Source of the DNA: Macrostomum lignano
Lineage: Eukaryota
DNA length: 64,000 nt
Assembly: GCA_002269645.1 (NCBI GenBank)
Contig: NIVC01000012.1
Location: 124,001-188,000 of the forward strand
Reading direction: 5' to 3'
Shown here: in pieces, positions 40,320 through 57,726 of the stretch
How the letters are laid out: every line of letters starts with the position of its first letter
Position numbering within the stretch: position 1 is the stretch's first letter
Made by a program: the position numbers and the translations under genes
The notes under the pieces: generated by a model
The model's input: only the letters and a program-made list of their open reading frames with translations
Databases searched by the model: none
Told to the model about the DNA's origin: nothing

Positions 40320-42602
40320 AATGAGCCACTCTGGTGACAGCATGTCATCTGTATCGTCTACTGCCGAAACTGACTCGAGCCTAGATTCGGAGTATGAAAC
40401 TTCGATTAACGAATACAGTTCGACGAGTTCCTCTGGTTCACCATCACCGCTTTCAGCCTCCTGTACTGGTGTGTCAGCACTGTGGACAAAGTCATCGTTG
40501 AAAATCTCGACAGTAGACCTGAAAGGGATGACAGTCAGTCAGCCCAATCCTACAGGTCTATTTTTGGACGAGGTGGGCTGAATCTAGAGACAACGTGCGC
40601 CCTTTTAAGACTATGGATGCTTCTTTCCTGTGTTTCAAAGAAGGCCATCAACGGCCTACTTCTCTTCCAGCGTATTGCGGCTCCTGGCAGTTCATTTCCT
40701 GCATCATACAGCACCATGAAGACAACCCTTCGTCGCTCATTTTCTTTTAGATCCGACATTGTAGAAAGCGTCTGTCTAATTTGCTTAGCGCTAAATTGTA
40801 CCGAGCATCCAGCAGACTATTTTCAAGGAATCTGGCTTTTGAACGTACAGTATCAAATCGAACTTACCATTGAAAAGTACTTTCATAAGCTTTTTGCGTA
40901 CCAACAGGAGCTGCGTCGTCGTTTTAGAACTGACGTGCTTAACTCTGCAGTAGCAAGTGAGCTGGTGACAAGTTTCTCTGAATCTGAATTTCATTTGTAC
41001 TTTCTTCTTTCTGCCGATGGTGCCAATTTCTTTAAAGCGTCTGACATGTCTATATGGCCCTTTTGTGCTATATGCCTCAATCTACCCGTTCGACTGCGTC
41101 AAAAATTTGTTAATATAATTACTATTGCTCTCCTTGCTAAACGTGGAAAGCGAAGCTTTGAACCGTACTTACCCTTTATTCTCAACACCTTACCATCTTT
41201 TGTTATTGTTCGTAATGTAAAATTCATTCTCCACTTTTCCTTTTTTACCTGTGATTTGCCAGCTCTGTCCCATTTATTCGGCATTAAGCAGTTTAACGGG
41301 GAATTTGCCTGCCCTAGGTGTTTGCTTGCTGGAAAGCGAATGACAGTGTCTGAGAGGGGCAGTGTTCGGATTTTTCCTAACGTTATTACAATTCCTTTGC
41401 GAACTCATTCAATGCATTTACACCATCTAAATGTTTTAAAAGTACAAGGTCTCAAGAGCTATTTTGGTATCAAGTGCGAAACTGCTTTACTTCGAATTAT
41501 CCGATTTCCTGACGATTTTATTATCGACTCTATGCACTGCATGTGGGAGGGTCAAGTAAAGCATATTTTTTCTTTCCTTACGGACGCAAAAGTCGGTGAT
41601 AAAAAATATATGTTAGGATCTTCATCTCTGCATGCTATTAATAATTCTCTTTCGCTTCTGAAGCTGCCTCAAGGGATTTCTACTATTCCATCAATAACGA
41701 AGCTCTCTCTGTGGAAAGCAAAAACATACAAAGTGTTTGCTTTGTATATTCTACCTGTAATTATCTTGCCACGAATTAACTGCAGCGAATTTAAATGCTT
41801 GCTTCTTCTGCTTCATTCAATTTATACATTGCTTTATTCTTTCAATTCATGCGTCCCCACAATGACACGACTGAGCAATCTGTTTTTAAAACTCGCACCA
41901 ACTTTTTTCTCAGAACGAATTCTGCTTTTAAATTTTCACTTACTCCGTCATTTGCCAGACCAGTATGCTCGGTTCGGTCCAGTGTATGCTGCTTCCATGT
42001 TCCCATTTGAATCTGCTATGCATTCTTTCAATCGCCTGCACTTTGGCAGTCGATTTCATGCTCTGCAGATAAGCGAAAACTTTTTTTGGCTCAAGCAACT
42101 TTTTTATTCCCTTCAATCGACAGCTGCTTCCAGCTTGCAAATTCAAGATGCGCTTTATGCCATTGCACCTGACTATTCGAAAAAGCCAAATGGGCACTCC
42201 ACGAAAGGAAACGTTTTAAGCTCAGTTGCAAGCGATGCATGCCTCAAGACATGCAGCTCATTTGTTAAAACCACTGCCGGCATGTATTTCGCAGTTAAAG
42301 AGTTTGCGGACTCTCATATTATGTGCCACCGCCTTGACAAGCATTGTACCTTGTTGGAATGTTTATTCGATTTGAGGTGCCCTAACCCTCCGTTGATGAA
42401 TTCTGAGCTCGTAGCATTTTTGCGATCAAATATTCCCCTTAGCAATATCTTTGTTTTCTCATCCGTCCTTCTACACACCACCGAAAATGTAAGCATGTCT
42501 GATGTAGCTTCCCGTTGCATCAAAATTGACATTTCTTTCTCTGGCCTCCCTAATGGCTCTTTTTGTATTTTGCCACTTCTTGAAGAATCTGAACACGATT
42601 AA
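40320..42602 (+). CDS. EnSpm-type transposase of element 2 (Ser-rich N-terminus in the 40252 frame, frameshift near 40475)
   Basis: Motifs LLSADGA, SIWP, LNLP, CDLPA, FNGEFACPRC, IDSMHCMWEG, WKAK, LLNFHLLRHL, ASMFPFES, and C-terminal EESEHD*. Confidence 0.92.
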
Positions 42603-43308
42603 AAAATCTGCAGCTCTTCGTGTAGTCAATCGTGAACTTTCACTACTAAATAGTTCATTCAGAATGGATAGTGTCAGTTATGTCATCAATCAGTGACTAA
42701 AGATCGCCTTTAATGATCTTTAAAGTCGCCCAAAAGCCACCTTTAAAATTGTCGTAAACTACTCTAAAAAATCGACCTAAAGAACCCTTTAGGCACCCCT
42801 AACAACAAAGGCACTCCAGACTCCAAACACGGCCCCCAATGCCCAAAAAATTGTTAGGATCATATTAGGGTACCCGATCTTCAGCCGCGATCTATTGTGG
42901 ACAATAATGACTTGTAGCTCTGACAACTATGAAATACCTGCACCCGACACGTACAATACGAGTTATATAAAAAAATTATGTTCTGCAGTCTCTTATTTAA
43001 TGTGGAATTGTAGCATATTTCAGATCTCATAGTTTCATAAATGTTTCTGCAGTGCTGCACCTCTTTGCTTTGTATTGATATCGTCACCATTTTTAACTCC
43101 ACTTTGCTTATTAACTCTATGAATTAAGAAGTCAAAGATCTTATTTGCATTTTCGATTCGTTGTTGCAGCTCTCTTATAATAAGTTGGCAAAATTATGAT
43201 TTTAATTGTTTTAATTACAAAACTGCTGAATTTCAATAAATAAAAAATTGCATGACCTGTTTTTCATAAACCATCGTTACTTACACAGGACGACAGGCAA
43301 ACAATTCA

Positions 43309-43473
<165 letters not shown>

Positions 43474-43565
43474 TTATAATGGGATTATATTCCCATTTAA
43501 TGGCATTTAATGGGAATATAATCCCCATTAAAAATGCATTATTTTTGCATTATGTGTCTCTAGGG

Positions 43566-43850
43566 CCACTATCATCTAATGACTCATTGTTGACCCACTA
43601 TCATCAAATGACCCATTGTTGACCCACTATCATCAAATGACCCATTGTTGACCCACTATCATCTAATGACCTATTGGAGGGTCAACAATGACCAATGACC
43701 AATGACCTAATGACCTTTTGTCATTAGGTCAACAATGACCTTTATGTCATTAGGTCAACAATGACCTTTATGTCATTAGGTCAACAATACTATCATCTAA
43801 TGACCCATTATTGACCTATTGTCATCTAATGACCCATTGTTGAGCTTCTA
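43566..43850 (+). repeat. 29-bp satellite, right part of the array, with an inverted derivative at ~43680-43788
   Basis: Same unit as 20105-20552; GGGTCAACAATG is the reverse complement of CATTGTTGACCC. Confidence 0.9.
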
Positions 43851-43854
43851 TCCA

Positions 43855-44135
43855 TTCTCTGATCTACAGCTGACCCACAATCCATTCCTCTGACCCATAG
43901 CTGACCCACAATCCATTTCTCTGACCCATAGCTGACCCACAATTCATTCTCTGACTCATAGCTGACCTACAATCCATTCCTCTGACCCATAGGTGACCCA
44001 CAATCCTTTCTCTGGCCCATAGCTAACCCACAATTCATTCTCTGACTCATAGCTGACCCACAATTCATTCTCTGACCCATAGCTGACCCACAATTCATTC
44101 TCTGACTCATAGCTGACCTACAATCCATTGTCTGA
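43855..44135 (+). repeat. 30-bp minisatellite (CTGACCCACAATCCATTCCTCTGACCCATAG-type)
   Basis: About 9 copies. Confidence 0.9.
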
Positions 44136-44176
44136 TCCATGCGATTGTAACCAATAGCCAACATTGTTTAGTTCAC

Positions 44177-44632
44177 CTGCGGCACATTCTCAGCCAGGTT
44201 GCACAGGAACTCCACCAGACCGTAATCGTGTAGCGTGGGTCGCCCAGTGTCAGTAAGCGCCCGCCTCTCCAGGAGGCAGTACCGCAGTCTGAGCGAGGCA
44301 GTCAAATGGTCCAGATATTCCATACCGTAGACGCCCAAAAACCGGGTAGCAACCCGGTGCGGTTCAAATTGGGACAGCGGACTCAGCTCACCGTAGGGCT
44401 CTTCTAAACTTCTAACAACCACTTTGGCCAGGTGCGCGAGAAAATTGGGCAGCCGATTGTCTGGTGGGACCGCCAAGCGACTGGCTTCGGCGATGTTGGC
44501 AGCTCTCATCACGGCTAGATAATGGTTCACCAGCTCGCCCATGTGCCTGTGGTATTCCCGCCCGAAGTCCAGGGTGTACGGACCCACCCGGAACCGCTCA
44601 GACGGCGTTGGTGACTCCAGAAAATCCGTCAG
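44177..44632 (-). CDS. Upstream exon of the unidentified gene whose intron contains the transposon nest
   Basis: GC-rich open frame [40 protein letters not shown]...[13 protein letters not shown] ends at donor CAG|GTGAAC (44176), phase 0. The 5' boundary is ambiguous: CCATTCCCTACATG resembles a damaged acceptor. Confidence 0.65.
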
Positions 44633-44644
44633 ATTTCATGTAGG

Positions 44645-44985
44645 GAATGGAATGTAAGATATCATGAAGGGTATGTATGATGTAATGAAGGGTATTTAAG
44701 ATGTAATGAAGGGTATGTAAAATGTAAAGAAGGGTATGTTAGATGTCTTGAAGGGTATGTAAGGTGCAATGAAGGGTATGTAAGATGTCACGAAGGGTAG
44801 GTAATATGATATGAAGAGCACGTGCGATGTCATCAATGGTATGTGAAATGTCAGTAGGATAATGAAGGGTATGAAAGATGCAATGAAGGATATGTAGGAT
44901 GTAATGAATGGAATGTAACACCTCATGAAGGGCAGGCAAGATGTCATGCATGGCAATGAAGGGTATATAAGATATCATGACGTAT
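44645..44985 (+). repeat. Degenerate ~21-22-bp minisatellite (ATGTAATGAAGGGTATGTAAG)
   Basis: Diverged tandem copies. Confidence 0.8.
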
Positions 44986-45134
44986 CAGTTAACAATATAT
45001 CACAAAGAGACAACAGAACGTTGTGTCATGAATGAGCCACGAAAGAACTTTAAAACAGTAGGAAAGTTAACATTACTATAAAAATCTACTTTGAAGGGAT
45101 GATTTAAGTGCCATCGCGGGCTCATGATTCATGG

Positions 45135-46960
45135 ATCGTGGGTCAAATAAGGACCGTGGGTCAAGTAAGGATCGTGGGTCAAGTAAAGATCGTGGGTCAA
45201 TAAGCGATCGTGGGTCAATATAGATCGTGGGTCAATAAGGGATAGTGAGTCAAGTAAGGATCGTGGGTCAATAAGGGATGGTGAGTCAAGTAAGGATCGC
45301 GGGTCAAGTAAGGACCGTGGGTCAAGTAAGGATCGCGGGTCAAGTAAGGATTGTGGGTCAAGTAAGGATCGCGGGTCAAGTAAGGACCGTGGGTCAAGTA
45401 AGGATCGCGGGTCAAGTAAGGATTGTGGGTCAAGTAAGGATCATGGGTCAAGTAAGGATCGTGGGTCAAGTAAAGATCGCGGATCAAGTAAGAATCGTGG
45501 GTCAAGTAAGGATCGCGGGTCAAGTAAGGATTGTGGGTCAAGTAAGGATCATGGGTCAAGTAAGGATCGTGGGTCAAGTAAGGATCGTGGGTCAATAAGT
45601 TATCGTGGGTCAAGTAAGGATCGTGGGGCAATAAGGGATAGTGAGTCAAGTAAGGATCGTGGGTCATTAAGTTATCGTGGGTCAATAAGGGATCGTGAGT
45701 CAAGTAAGGATCGTGGGTCAATAAGGGATCGTGAGTCAAGTAAGGATCGTGGGTCAAAAAGGGATGGTGAGTCAAGTAAGGATCGTGGGTCAATAAGGGA
45801 TCGTGGGTCAAGTAAGGATCATGGGTCAAGTAAGGATCGTGGGTCAAGTAAAGATCGCGGATCAAGTAAGAATCGTGGGTCAAGTAAGGATCGCGGGTCA
45901 AGTAAGGATTGTGGGTCAAGTAAGGATCATGGGTCAAGTAAGGATCGTGGGTCAAGTAAGGATCGTGGGTCAAGTAAGGATCGTGGGTCAATAAGCTATC
46001 GTGGGTCAAGTAAGGATCGTGGGGCAATAAGGGATAGTGAGTCAAGTAAGGATCGTGGGTCATTAAGTTATCGTGGGTCAAGTAAGGATCGTGGCTCAAG
46101 TAAGGATCGTGGGTCAATAAGGGATGGTGAGTCAAGTAAGGATCGTGGGTCAATAAGGGATCGTGAGTCAAGTAAGGATCGTGGGTCAATAAGGGATGGT
46201 GAGTCAAGTAAGGATCGTGGGTCAATAAGGGATCGTGGGTCAAGTAAGGATCGTGGGTCAATAAGGGATCGTGAGTCAAGTAAGGATCGTGGGTCATTAA
46301 GTTATCGTGGGTCAAGTAAGGACCGTGGGTCAAGTAAGGACCGTGGGTCAAGTAAGGATCGTGGGTCAATAAGCGATCGTGGGTCAATAAGGGATCGTGG
46401 GTCAAGTAAAGATCGTGGGTCAATAAGCGATCGTAGGTCAATATAGATCGTGGGTCAATAAGGGATCGTGGGTCAAGTAAAGATCGTGGGTCAATAAGCG
46501 ATCGTGGGTCAATATAGATCGTGGGTCAATAAGGGATCGTGGGTCAAGTAAAGATCGTGGGTCAATAAGCGATCGTGGGTCAATAAGGGATCGTGGGTCA
46601 ATATAGATCGTGGGTCAATATAGATCGTGGGTCAATAAGGGATAGTGAGTCAAGTAAGGATCGTGGGTCAATAAGGGATAGTGAGTCAAGTAAGGATCGC
46701 GGGTCAAGTAAGAATCGTGGGTCAAGTAAGGATCGTGGGTCAAGTAAGGATTGTGGGTCAAGTAAGGATCATGGGTCAAGTAAGGATCGTGGGTCAAGTA
46801 AGGATTGTGGGTCAAGTAAGGATCATGGGTCAAGTAAGGATCGTGGGTCAATAAGGGATCGTGGGTCAATAAGGGATCGTGGGTCAATAAGGGATCGTGG
46901 GTCAATAAGGGATCGTGGGTCAATAAGGGATCGTGGGTCAATAAGCGATCGTGGGTCAAA
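45135..46960 (+). repeat. ~1.8-kb 18-bp satellite (GTGGGTCAAGTAAGGATC) with higher-order duplications
   Basis: About 100 copies; blocks of variants recur; source of the THDPYL ORFs. Confidence 0.97.
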
Positions 46961-47509
46961 AAAGAGTTATGTTCTGCTCAAACTCCAGGGCCTATTCTTA
47001 AATTAGTTAGATATAGATATACTACGATAACCGACAAACGAGCATCAGAAGTTCGTATTCGTAACAATAATAATATTAACAGTATATTTTTATGGCGCAT
47101 GATCAGCCACGAGTGGCATATAAACAAAAGCATTATGAAGCAACACATGTACGAGTATGATATGCACACAGCTGGTTAACGGACAAAGAATTTAAAAAAG
47201 GCCGCATGCTATTCATAAATAATAAATTACAGCGCTTGTTAAGAGAGGAAGCAGTTTTGGGAATAATCATAAACAAGTTTAGGGGATATTTAGTGTCATA
47301 AAAAATAGCAGGGACTCACTAGGATGTGCATAACTGCCTGCTTACTCACTCATGGCTCTTTGCACTGACGAAGCGCGCTTTTACAGATAATAGAATAGCG
47401 ATGACTAGTAAATAGTACAGTGAGTGAGTCTGTCTTTCAGGCCTTGCATTTGCGATGCATTTAAAAGGCTTCAATGTACTTATACAGAATGGTTACTCTA
47501 TCTGTATCT

Positions 47510-48397
<888 letters not shown>

Positions 48398-48606
48398 TTA
48401 TTAACTAGGTAGACAAGTTTACTGAATATAAGAAAATAGGAAATGATTTATACACAAGCAGGTTAAAGTTCTGAAAAAAACAAGGTTCCAAAAATTCGGT
48501 TAAACGATAAGCACAACAACGCAGTTGAATTCAATGTCAGTAAAACAGACAGTGAGAGAATATTTTTGAATGAAAAAACAACAACTAACTGGCGCAGAAA
48601 TCATCT

Positions 48607-51538
<2,932 letters not shown>

Positions 51539-51615
51539 CTGCAGATGCAGAAGCTGTTAATACATGGATTTTGAATTGGTCAGGTGTAATTTCTGCCGAT
51601 CATTCATCCAAATCA

Positions 51616-51618
<3 letters not shown>

Positions 51619-51671
<53 letters not shown>
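51619..51671 (+). repeat. (CT)n microsatellite
   Basis: Perfect run. Confidence 0.97.
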
Positions 51672-51672
<1 letters not shown>

Positions 51673-52743
51673 ACTTTGAGATTGAGAACTTGAGACGTTT
51701 AGCTGACTATTATTTAAATGCCGCAGAAAAAGCCATCTTTATAATATTAAACCACCATTTTTTTCGAACTAAGGCAAGACACTTGGCTTAAAAAAAGTTG
51801 GGGACTGACAAACCGTCGGGTACGAACATCAGGGTTGACGACCATCTCCTACGACCCATCCCACTGGTCCTTCCATTTCACCCCAGCTTCGGTCTTGCTC
51901 GCCAACGAGGCGGCGGCTGAACACTTTGAAAAGCTGCTGCAACAAAGACCAGGCTCTCGCATACTGCCCGCATTTACACGGGCAACGAAATTTACAGAGC
52001 CTCCTGGCTCCCAATAAGTTCAAGTCTCAGCCAGGAAGCCGCAATGGTAACCTACATTGTCATCTATTTTATTGATATTTCTCATTTTTACTTTCAATAT
52101 CGACTTGTACGCTCGTTGTACTTCGAAAAACACTTTTTTAATACACTAAATATAGTGCCTATGAAAATGACTCTTAGACAAGGTAGAGGAAGATAGAACA
52201 TGTTGATAGATTTTCACGCCTTATATGCACACCTGCTCATCGATTTTATCAGACTAACATAGATCGTATTAAAAAGGCAAATATGCATTCCATTATGCGT
52301 CAATATTTGGTTTGACCGGTTGCTAAGAGGCTTACAACCGGTTGCCAACTCAATAGTATACGTCGTGACCTCCCTTTCTTTGCTTTGAGACTGTGAGACT
52401 TAAGACATTCAGCTGACCATTGCTTGTCCGAGACCATTTTGTTTTCTTTGGCCCAGATGCGGGCGAGTTCGTCAATTGCAAAACAATAACGCAATCCTAT
52501 TTTATAGATGTTTTTAAAGATCCCCTTCCAGGTTGGCTTCTCAATTTTAATCGTTTTAATTAAATTTATCATTGCAGCTTGTGATATTTTATATTTTAAA
52601 AGAAACCCCTATTCAGGTACACAGACTAATAAATTACATCCTGGATCTGAACTTTTATTTTGCTTTAAAAGAATTGGCACTTGATTTCTAGCGACTTTCT
52701 GCTCTATCAACACCCTTATGAGCACTATGAATCTGTGTCTGTC

Positions 52744-53303
52744 TACTGAATGACCACAGACCCTACTGAATGACCAAAGACCCTACTGAATGACCACAGA
52801 CCCTACTGAATGACCACAGACCCTACTGAATGACCACAGACCCTACTGAATGACCACAGACCCTACTGAATGACCAAAGACCCTACTGAATGATCACAGA
52901 CCCTACTGAATGACCACAGACCCTACTGAATGACCACAGACCCTACTGAATGACCACAGACCCTACTGAATGACCACAGACCCTACTGAATGACCACAGA
53001 CCCTACTGAATGACCACAGACCCTACTGAATGACCACAGACCCTACTGAATGACCACAGACCCTACTGAATGACCACAGACCCTACTGAATGACCACAGA
53101 CCCTACTGAATGATCACAGACCCTACTGAATGACCACAGACCCCACTAAATGAACACAGACCCTACTGAATGACCACAGACCCCACTAAATAAACACAGA
53201 CCCCACTAAATGAACACAGACCCTACTGAATGACCACAGACCCCACTAAATAAACACAGACCCCACTAAATGAACACAGATCCCACTAAATGAACACAGA
53301 CCC
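52744..53303 (+). repeat. 20-bp minisatellite (CTACTGAATGACCACAGACC)
   Basis: About 28 copies, with a variant class at the right end. Confidence 0.97.
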
Positions 53304-53894
53304 CCTTCGATGTAAAAGTAAACAGTGATACAATAGTTTACACATTTTTTAATCAAACCAACACGACAAAGTAGCCTTACCTATTAAAGTAGAATTGAGC
53401 AGATCTCGCAAGGACACAATAGACATGTTGAAATAGCTGCAACAAACTCTGCTTTGGACTCCAACAAGAAGCTTAGTTGAATTTAAAACTGGCTGACTAA
53501 CTATTAGCGCAGAAAAAACTATTTTATTTGCTTGGCTTTCAATTGTCAAGTCAACAGGCACATGAATAAAATATTAGCAATAGAAGCCGGCGCACAACAT
53601 GCATACTGGTATGTTACAGAAGATCATTTATTTCTGACTTGGCTTGCCCATTGCATGGGGGATCACATATTGGGAGGTTTTTTGGGGACTAAGCTGTAAT
53701 CTTATTGGCTGGGACAAATAATAGAACGTGCCCCCGCTCCCCTGCTCAGCAGCCCATGGACATCGAAGCTCTAGTTTAGATTGAGTAACCGGACTAGAAA
53801 CTGGCCGAGATAAAGCTTTTATTTATATGCTATAACTTCCAAGAGTTATCTACAAATTCCTAACTCTAAACAATTCTACAATTCTAAACATTTA

Positions 53895-54340
53895 CAACCC
53901 CAAGCGTCCGAATCCCCCGGCTCCACAACCTCCTGCTTCACAACCCCAAGCTTCACATCCCCCAGGCTTACCAATCCCAAGCTTTACAATCCCAAAGCTT
54001 CATAATCCCAAAGCTTCACAATCCCCAAGCTTCACAATCCCCAGGCTTCACAATCGCCAAGATTCACAATCCTCAGCTTCACAATCCCCAGGCTTCACAA
54101 TCCCCAGCTTCACAATCCCCAAGCTTCACAATCCCCAAGCTTCACATTCCCCAAGCTTCACATTCCCCAAGCTTCACAATCCCCAGCTTCACAATCCCCA
54201 GGCTTCACAATCCCCAGGCTTCACAATCCCCAGCTTCACAATCCTAAAGCTTCACAATCCCCAAGCTTCACAATCCCCAAGCTTTACATTCCCCAAGCTT
54301 CACATTCCCCAAGCTTCACAATCCCCAAGCTTCACAATCC
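53895..54340 (+). repeat. 16-17-bp minisatellite (GCTTCACAATCCCCAA)
   Basis: About 25 copies. Confidence 0.94.
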
Positions 54341-55149
54341 GAAGCTCCATTTTATTATATTGTAAAAAAATATTTCATTAAACTTTCCTGCAGCAAAACT
54401 ACTGAACCTGTGCTCTTTTTCGAAAGTTGTAAAGAATTTATTCAACTTTAAAGCGAGATCTAAGTTTGTCAAAATGCGTTCTGTTAATTCGACTTTATAG
54501 ACAAAAATCGCAGACAGTAAAGTTTTTCCTCCTATGTTGCCTCCTTTTAGTCTAAACGATGGTATAAGCCTAACTCTCTTTGATCTGCATTTGGCTTGGC
54601 CTACCAACAACTTCCAATTGATCCTTGGCATCTCAGCAACCCCTCATGAGCCACGGCATTTCAGTAATTCTCCGATAAGCCTTAATAGCCCAGCAATTAC
54701 TACTAAAAGCGTTGACACCTCAGCAATTTTACCACGAGCCTTGAAATATTAGCAATTCCCTAATGAATCTTTTACCTTCGACATGACGCCTTCTTAATGT
54801 CTGACATGATGTTTCTTTATGGTTGGCATGACGCTTCATTAATTAGTTTTTATTAATTTATTAACTTCTGTATTCCTTCTTTCGTTGAGTCTACACTTCT
54901 TCACTTTGAAAAAGATTTTAATAAAAAAATTTTACACACTCAAAATTCGAGCCCAGGTCACTGCATTAGCAGTTCAGTCTGTTCACATCTAGGCTAGCTG
55001 TCATCGAATCGATGACATAAATTGTAGCTGTTGTGATGCAACCTTTATCAGAATCAGAATTCAGTCAGTCAGTTTTTTCTCCTCAGTTTTTTCATCTTTT
55101 TACAATGCATTCACAGTCGAAAAGCATGCTTTTAGAATATTTAATCCCT

Positions 55150-55320
55150 TTAGCATCGAAAAAATTCTTAGCCACGACACATGAACCGTCACGGGAAAAT
55201 TTCTGATCTAAACCAACGGTGCAAGTTTCATTAAAATCGGTTAAGCCATTTTTATTCTGAAATCAATCACACATACCTACCTAGGTAGATAGAGACAAAC
55301 CATATTTACTATATGCCGTA
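55150..55320 (+). mobile_element. Possible end of a Helitron/Helentron-derived non-autonomous element (DINE/Lep1-like)
   Basis: AAGTTTCATTAAAATCGGTTAAGCC followed by a CATACCTACC/AGATAGAGACAAAC tail resembles the conserved block of these families, from my memory of the pattern only. Confidence 0.3.
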
Positions 55321-55819
55321 CAGGGGATGGAGGAATGGATGGAAAAAAACCGCTCCCTATCAGTTGCTTGTAAACAAAAATATGGAGTTGCCTGAAGCTT
55401 CGCTTAAAGAAGCTTCCCGAAGACTAGCGAATATGCTTCTTAACTGCTCAATAAAATGAGTAGGAGAAATAGTGAGTAAGGTAGTATCGAACTGTAAAAA
55501 TTGGCAAAGTCAAACTATGCTCTCTAGCCTTATATATTATATTACCCAAACCAGTGACCAGTCAACATTCAAAAAGAACCTACTGCGTTTTTTCCAAGGA
55601 AATCCATTCTAGAGAAGCTTTGAAAAACACAAGCCACCCTGTCCTGCCACTTAGAGCCAACCCCTCCCTCTACACCCCCCCCCCCAGAAAAAGGCAAAAA
55701 CATCTGCCAGCAAGTCAGAAAAAAGCTTTCATATATGTGAATGATACAATATTAAATAAGAACGACGCTTCTTATGACTAAATTCTTCAAATAGAAAGTA
55801 CTTTGTTGAACTTTTTATA

Positions 55820-56027
55820 CTGAGTGAGTGAGTGCTGACAGTGTCACACTGAGTGAGTGAGTGCTGACAGTGTCACACTGAGTGAGTGAGTGCTGATAGT
55901 GTCACACTGAGTGAGTGAGTGCTGACAGTGTCACACTGAGTGAGTGAGTGCTGACAGTGTCACACTGAGTGAGTGAGTGCTGACAGTGTCACACTGAGTG
56001 AGTGAGTGCTGACAGTGCCACACTGAA
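55820..56027 (+). repeat. 29-bp tandem repeat (ACTGAGTGAGTGAGTGCTGACAGTGTCAC)
   Basis: 7 copies with an internal TGACA-G-TGTCA palindrome. Confidence 0.95.
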
Positions 56028-56323
56028 GTAACCATCACAGTGACAATAAGTGATACTATCAAATTTGACTTACCAAATAGCCTGCTTGTTATCCATTTGA
56101 CCAGTTAAAACGAATTGCATATTAGAAAATACAGTAGTAGACTGAAAGATAAGGATTTAAATTTAGCCAGTTAAGTACATTGTCCAGCTATAACACAGGG
56201 CTACCCTGTACAGTAAGCAATATCTCAGGCCAACTTTATCTTTCGATATATTATTAACAAACTATAATATTGTTATAATTGCAGTAGCATACAGTAACTT
56301 GCTACTAACAAGTAGTGCAACTA

Positions 56324-57726
56324 CCTTAGTGCGTTCAAAAAGTTCTTAGACACCCCTCATATCTCTGCATCTGTTCGACCGATTTTGATGAGAATTTGTA
56401 CAAACATGGGTCTATATTTGATGAATTCAGTGCTAGAGTTTCAGCTTGGTCGTATAGACAGAACGAAAGCAATCGATCATTTACTGACGAACCTACGAAA
56501 TTAGCAATACGATTTTTAAACAGCATCGGATCTGGACCTCACTCTAAATGGGGGGGTTGTGAAATCGCAGCTTGTTTTTGGAGGAATAAAAGCTTTCGCT
56601 GAGTATTGATTAATCATTACTTTCAAGCTGCGAGGGTTTTAACATAGACAAAAAACAGATAGAACGAAGCAGTAGGCAGCATTAGACTGAGTGCGCAAAA
56701 CGAACGTCAGATTGAAATGCTGAGATGCAGTACCAACCTCGGACGGTTTAAGAATGGCTAGTGCATATGGCGATAAAGTTTCGCAGCGCCTGATCGTTTT
56801 TGCTTTTGCGGACGAAGGCATGTCCGTGAACACTATCCACCAGAGATTAGTCAGCCGTTTTGGAGATGATGCATGCTGTCGAGCAACCGTCGCGAACTGG
56901 GTCCGGAAGAGAAAGGACGGCGAAATGAGCGTGCAGGACAAGCCGCGCTCAGGCCGACCAGCTACTGCAGTCAACGACAGCAGTGCCATCCTGATCGAAG
57001 AGCTGGTAAGTGAAAACGGCCACATCACTATTGACGAGTTGGCCAATGCCGCCGAGATTTCGGTCTTCCAAATTCTGCACGAGCATCTTGGTCTGTCAAA
57101 GCTGGTCTCTCGATGGGTGCCAAGACTGCTAACTGCCGAGCAGAAAAATCGCCGATACGAAGACTGCTTGCAACAAAGTGCGGCAATTTCAGCTCTGGGA
57201 GACGAGTTCAAAAGCAGATTTGTAACTCAAGATGAGTCCATGTTTGGCACCGTCTGACTATGGCCTTTTTAGACACGTCAAGGCGCAGCTGAGAGGCAAG
57301 AGGTTCGCTAGCTTCCCCGAGCTGCAAACGGCTGTTGAGGGGCTCATCAGAGCGACTCCTAGAGACACGTGGTTAGGATGGATCGAAGAGCTGCCGATGC
57401 GGTATGACAAGTGCATTCAACGGAACGGTGATTACTTCGAAGATTTTCATGATTGGTGATCTGATTTTTGAAGTTTGGGAACTTGCCAACTTGAACCGTT
57501 TGGCCTTTAGCTTGTACGTTTTGTTATGTGCTTAAAATCGTATTGCTAATTTCGTAGGTTCGTCAGTAAATGATCGATTGCTTTCGTTCTGTCTATACGA
57601 CCAAGCTGAAACTCTAGCACTGAATTCATCAAATATAGACCCATGTTTGTACAAATTCTCATCAAAATCGGTCGAACAGATGCAGAGATATGAGGGGTGT
57701 CTAAGAACTTTTTGAACGCACTAAGG
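56324..57726 (+). mobile_element. Mariner (Tc1/mariner) element with ~190-bp TIRs, internally deleted
   Basis: TA TSD at 56322-56323 and 57727-57728; near-identical inverted repeats at 56324-~56514 and ~57535-57726; transposase remnant inside. Confidence 0.95.
56754..57459 (+). pseudogene. Mariner transposase with deleted catalytic core
   Basis: HTH region and RSGRP, WVPRLL and FVTQDES motifs are joined out of frame to LAPSDYGLF...LPMRYDKCIQRNGDYFE. The second-Asp (HDNA) region is absent. Confidence 0.93.

Noticed and set aside
42700-42875. Possible right end (...ATTAGGG) of a fourth nested CACTA element
   Set aside because: I found no matching CCCTAAT left end or TSD in the window.
51835-52017. 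60-aa + strand ORF with a protein-like look
   Set aside because: No recognisable motif or splice context; it cannot be assigned.
53654-53758. Possible CATGGG...CCCATG MITE
   Set aside because: The inverted match is only 6 bp and the flanks show no duplication.
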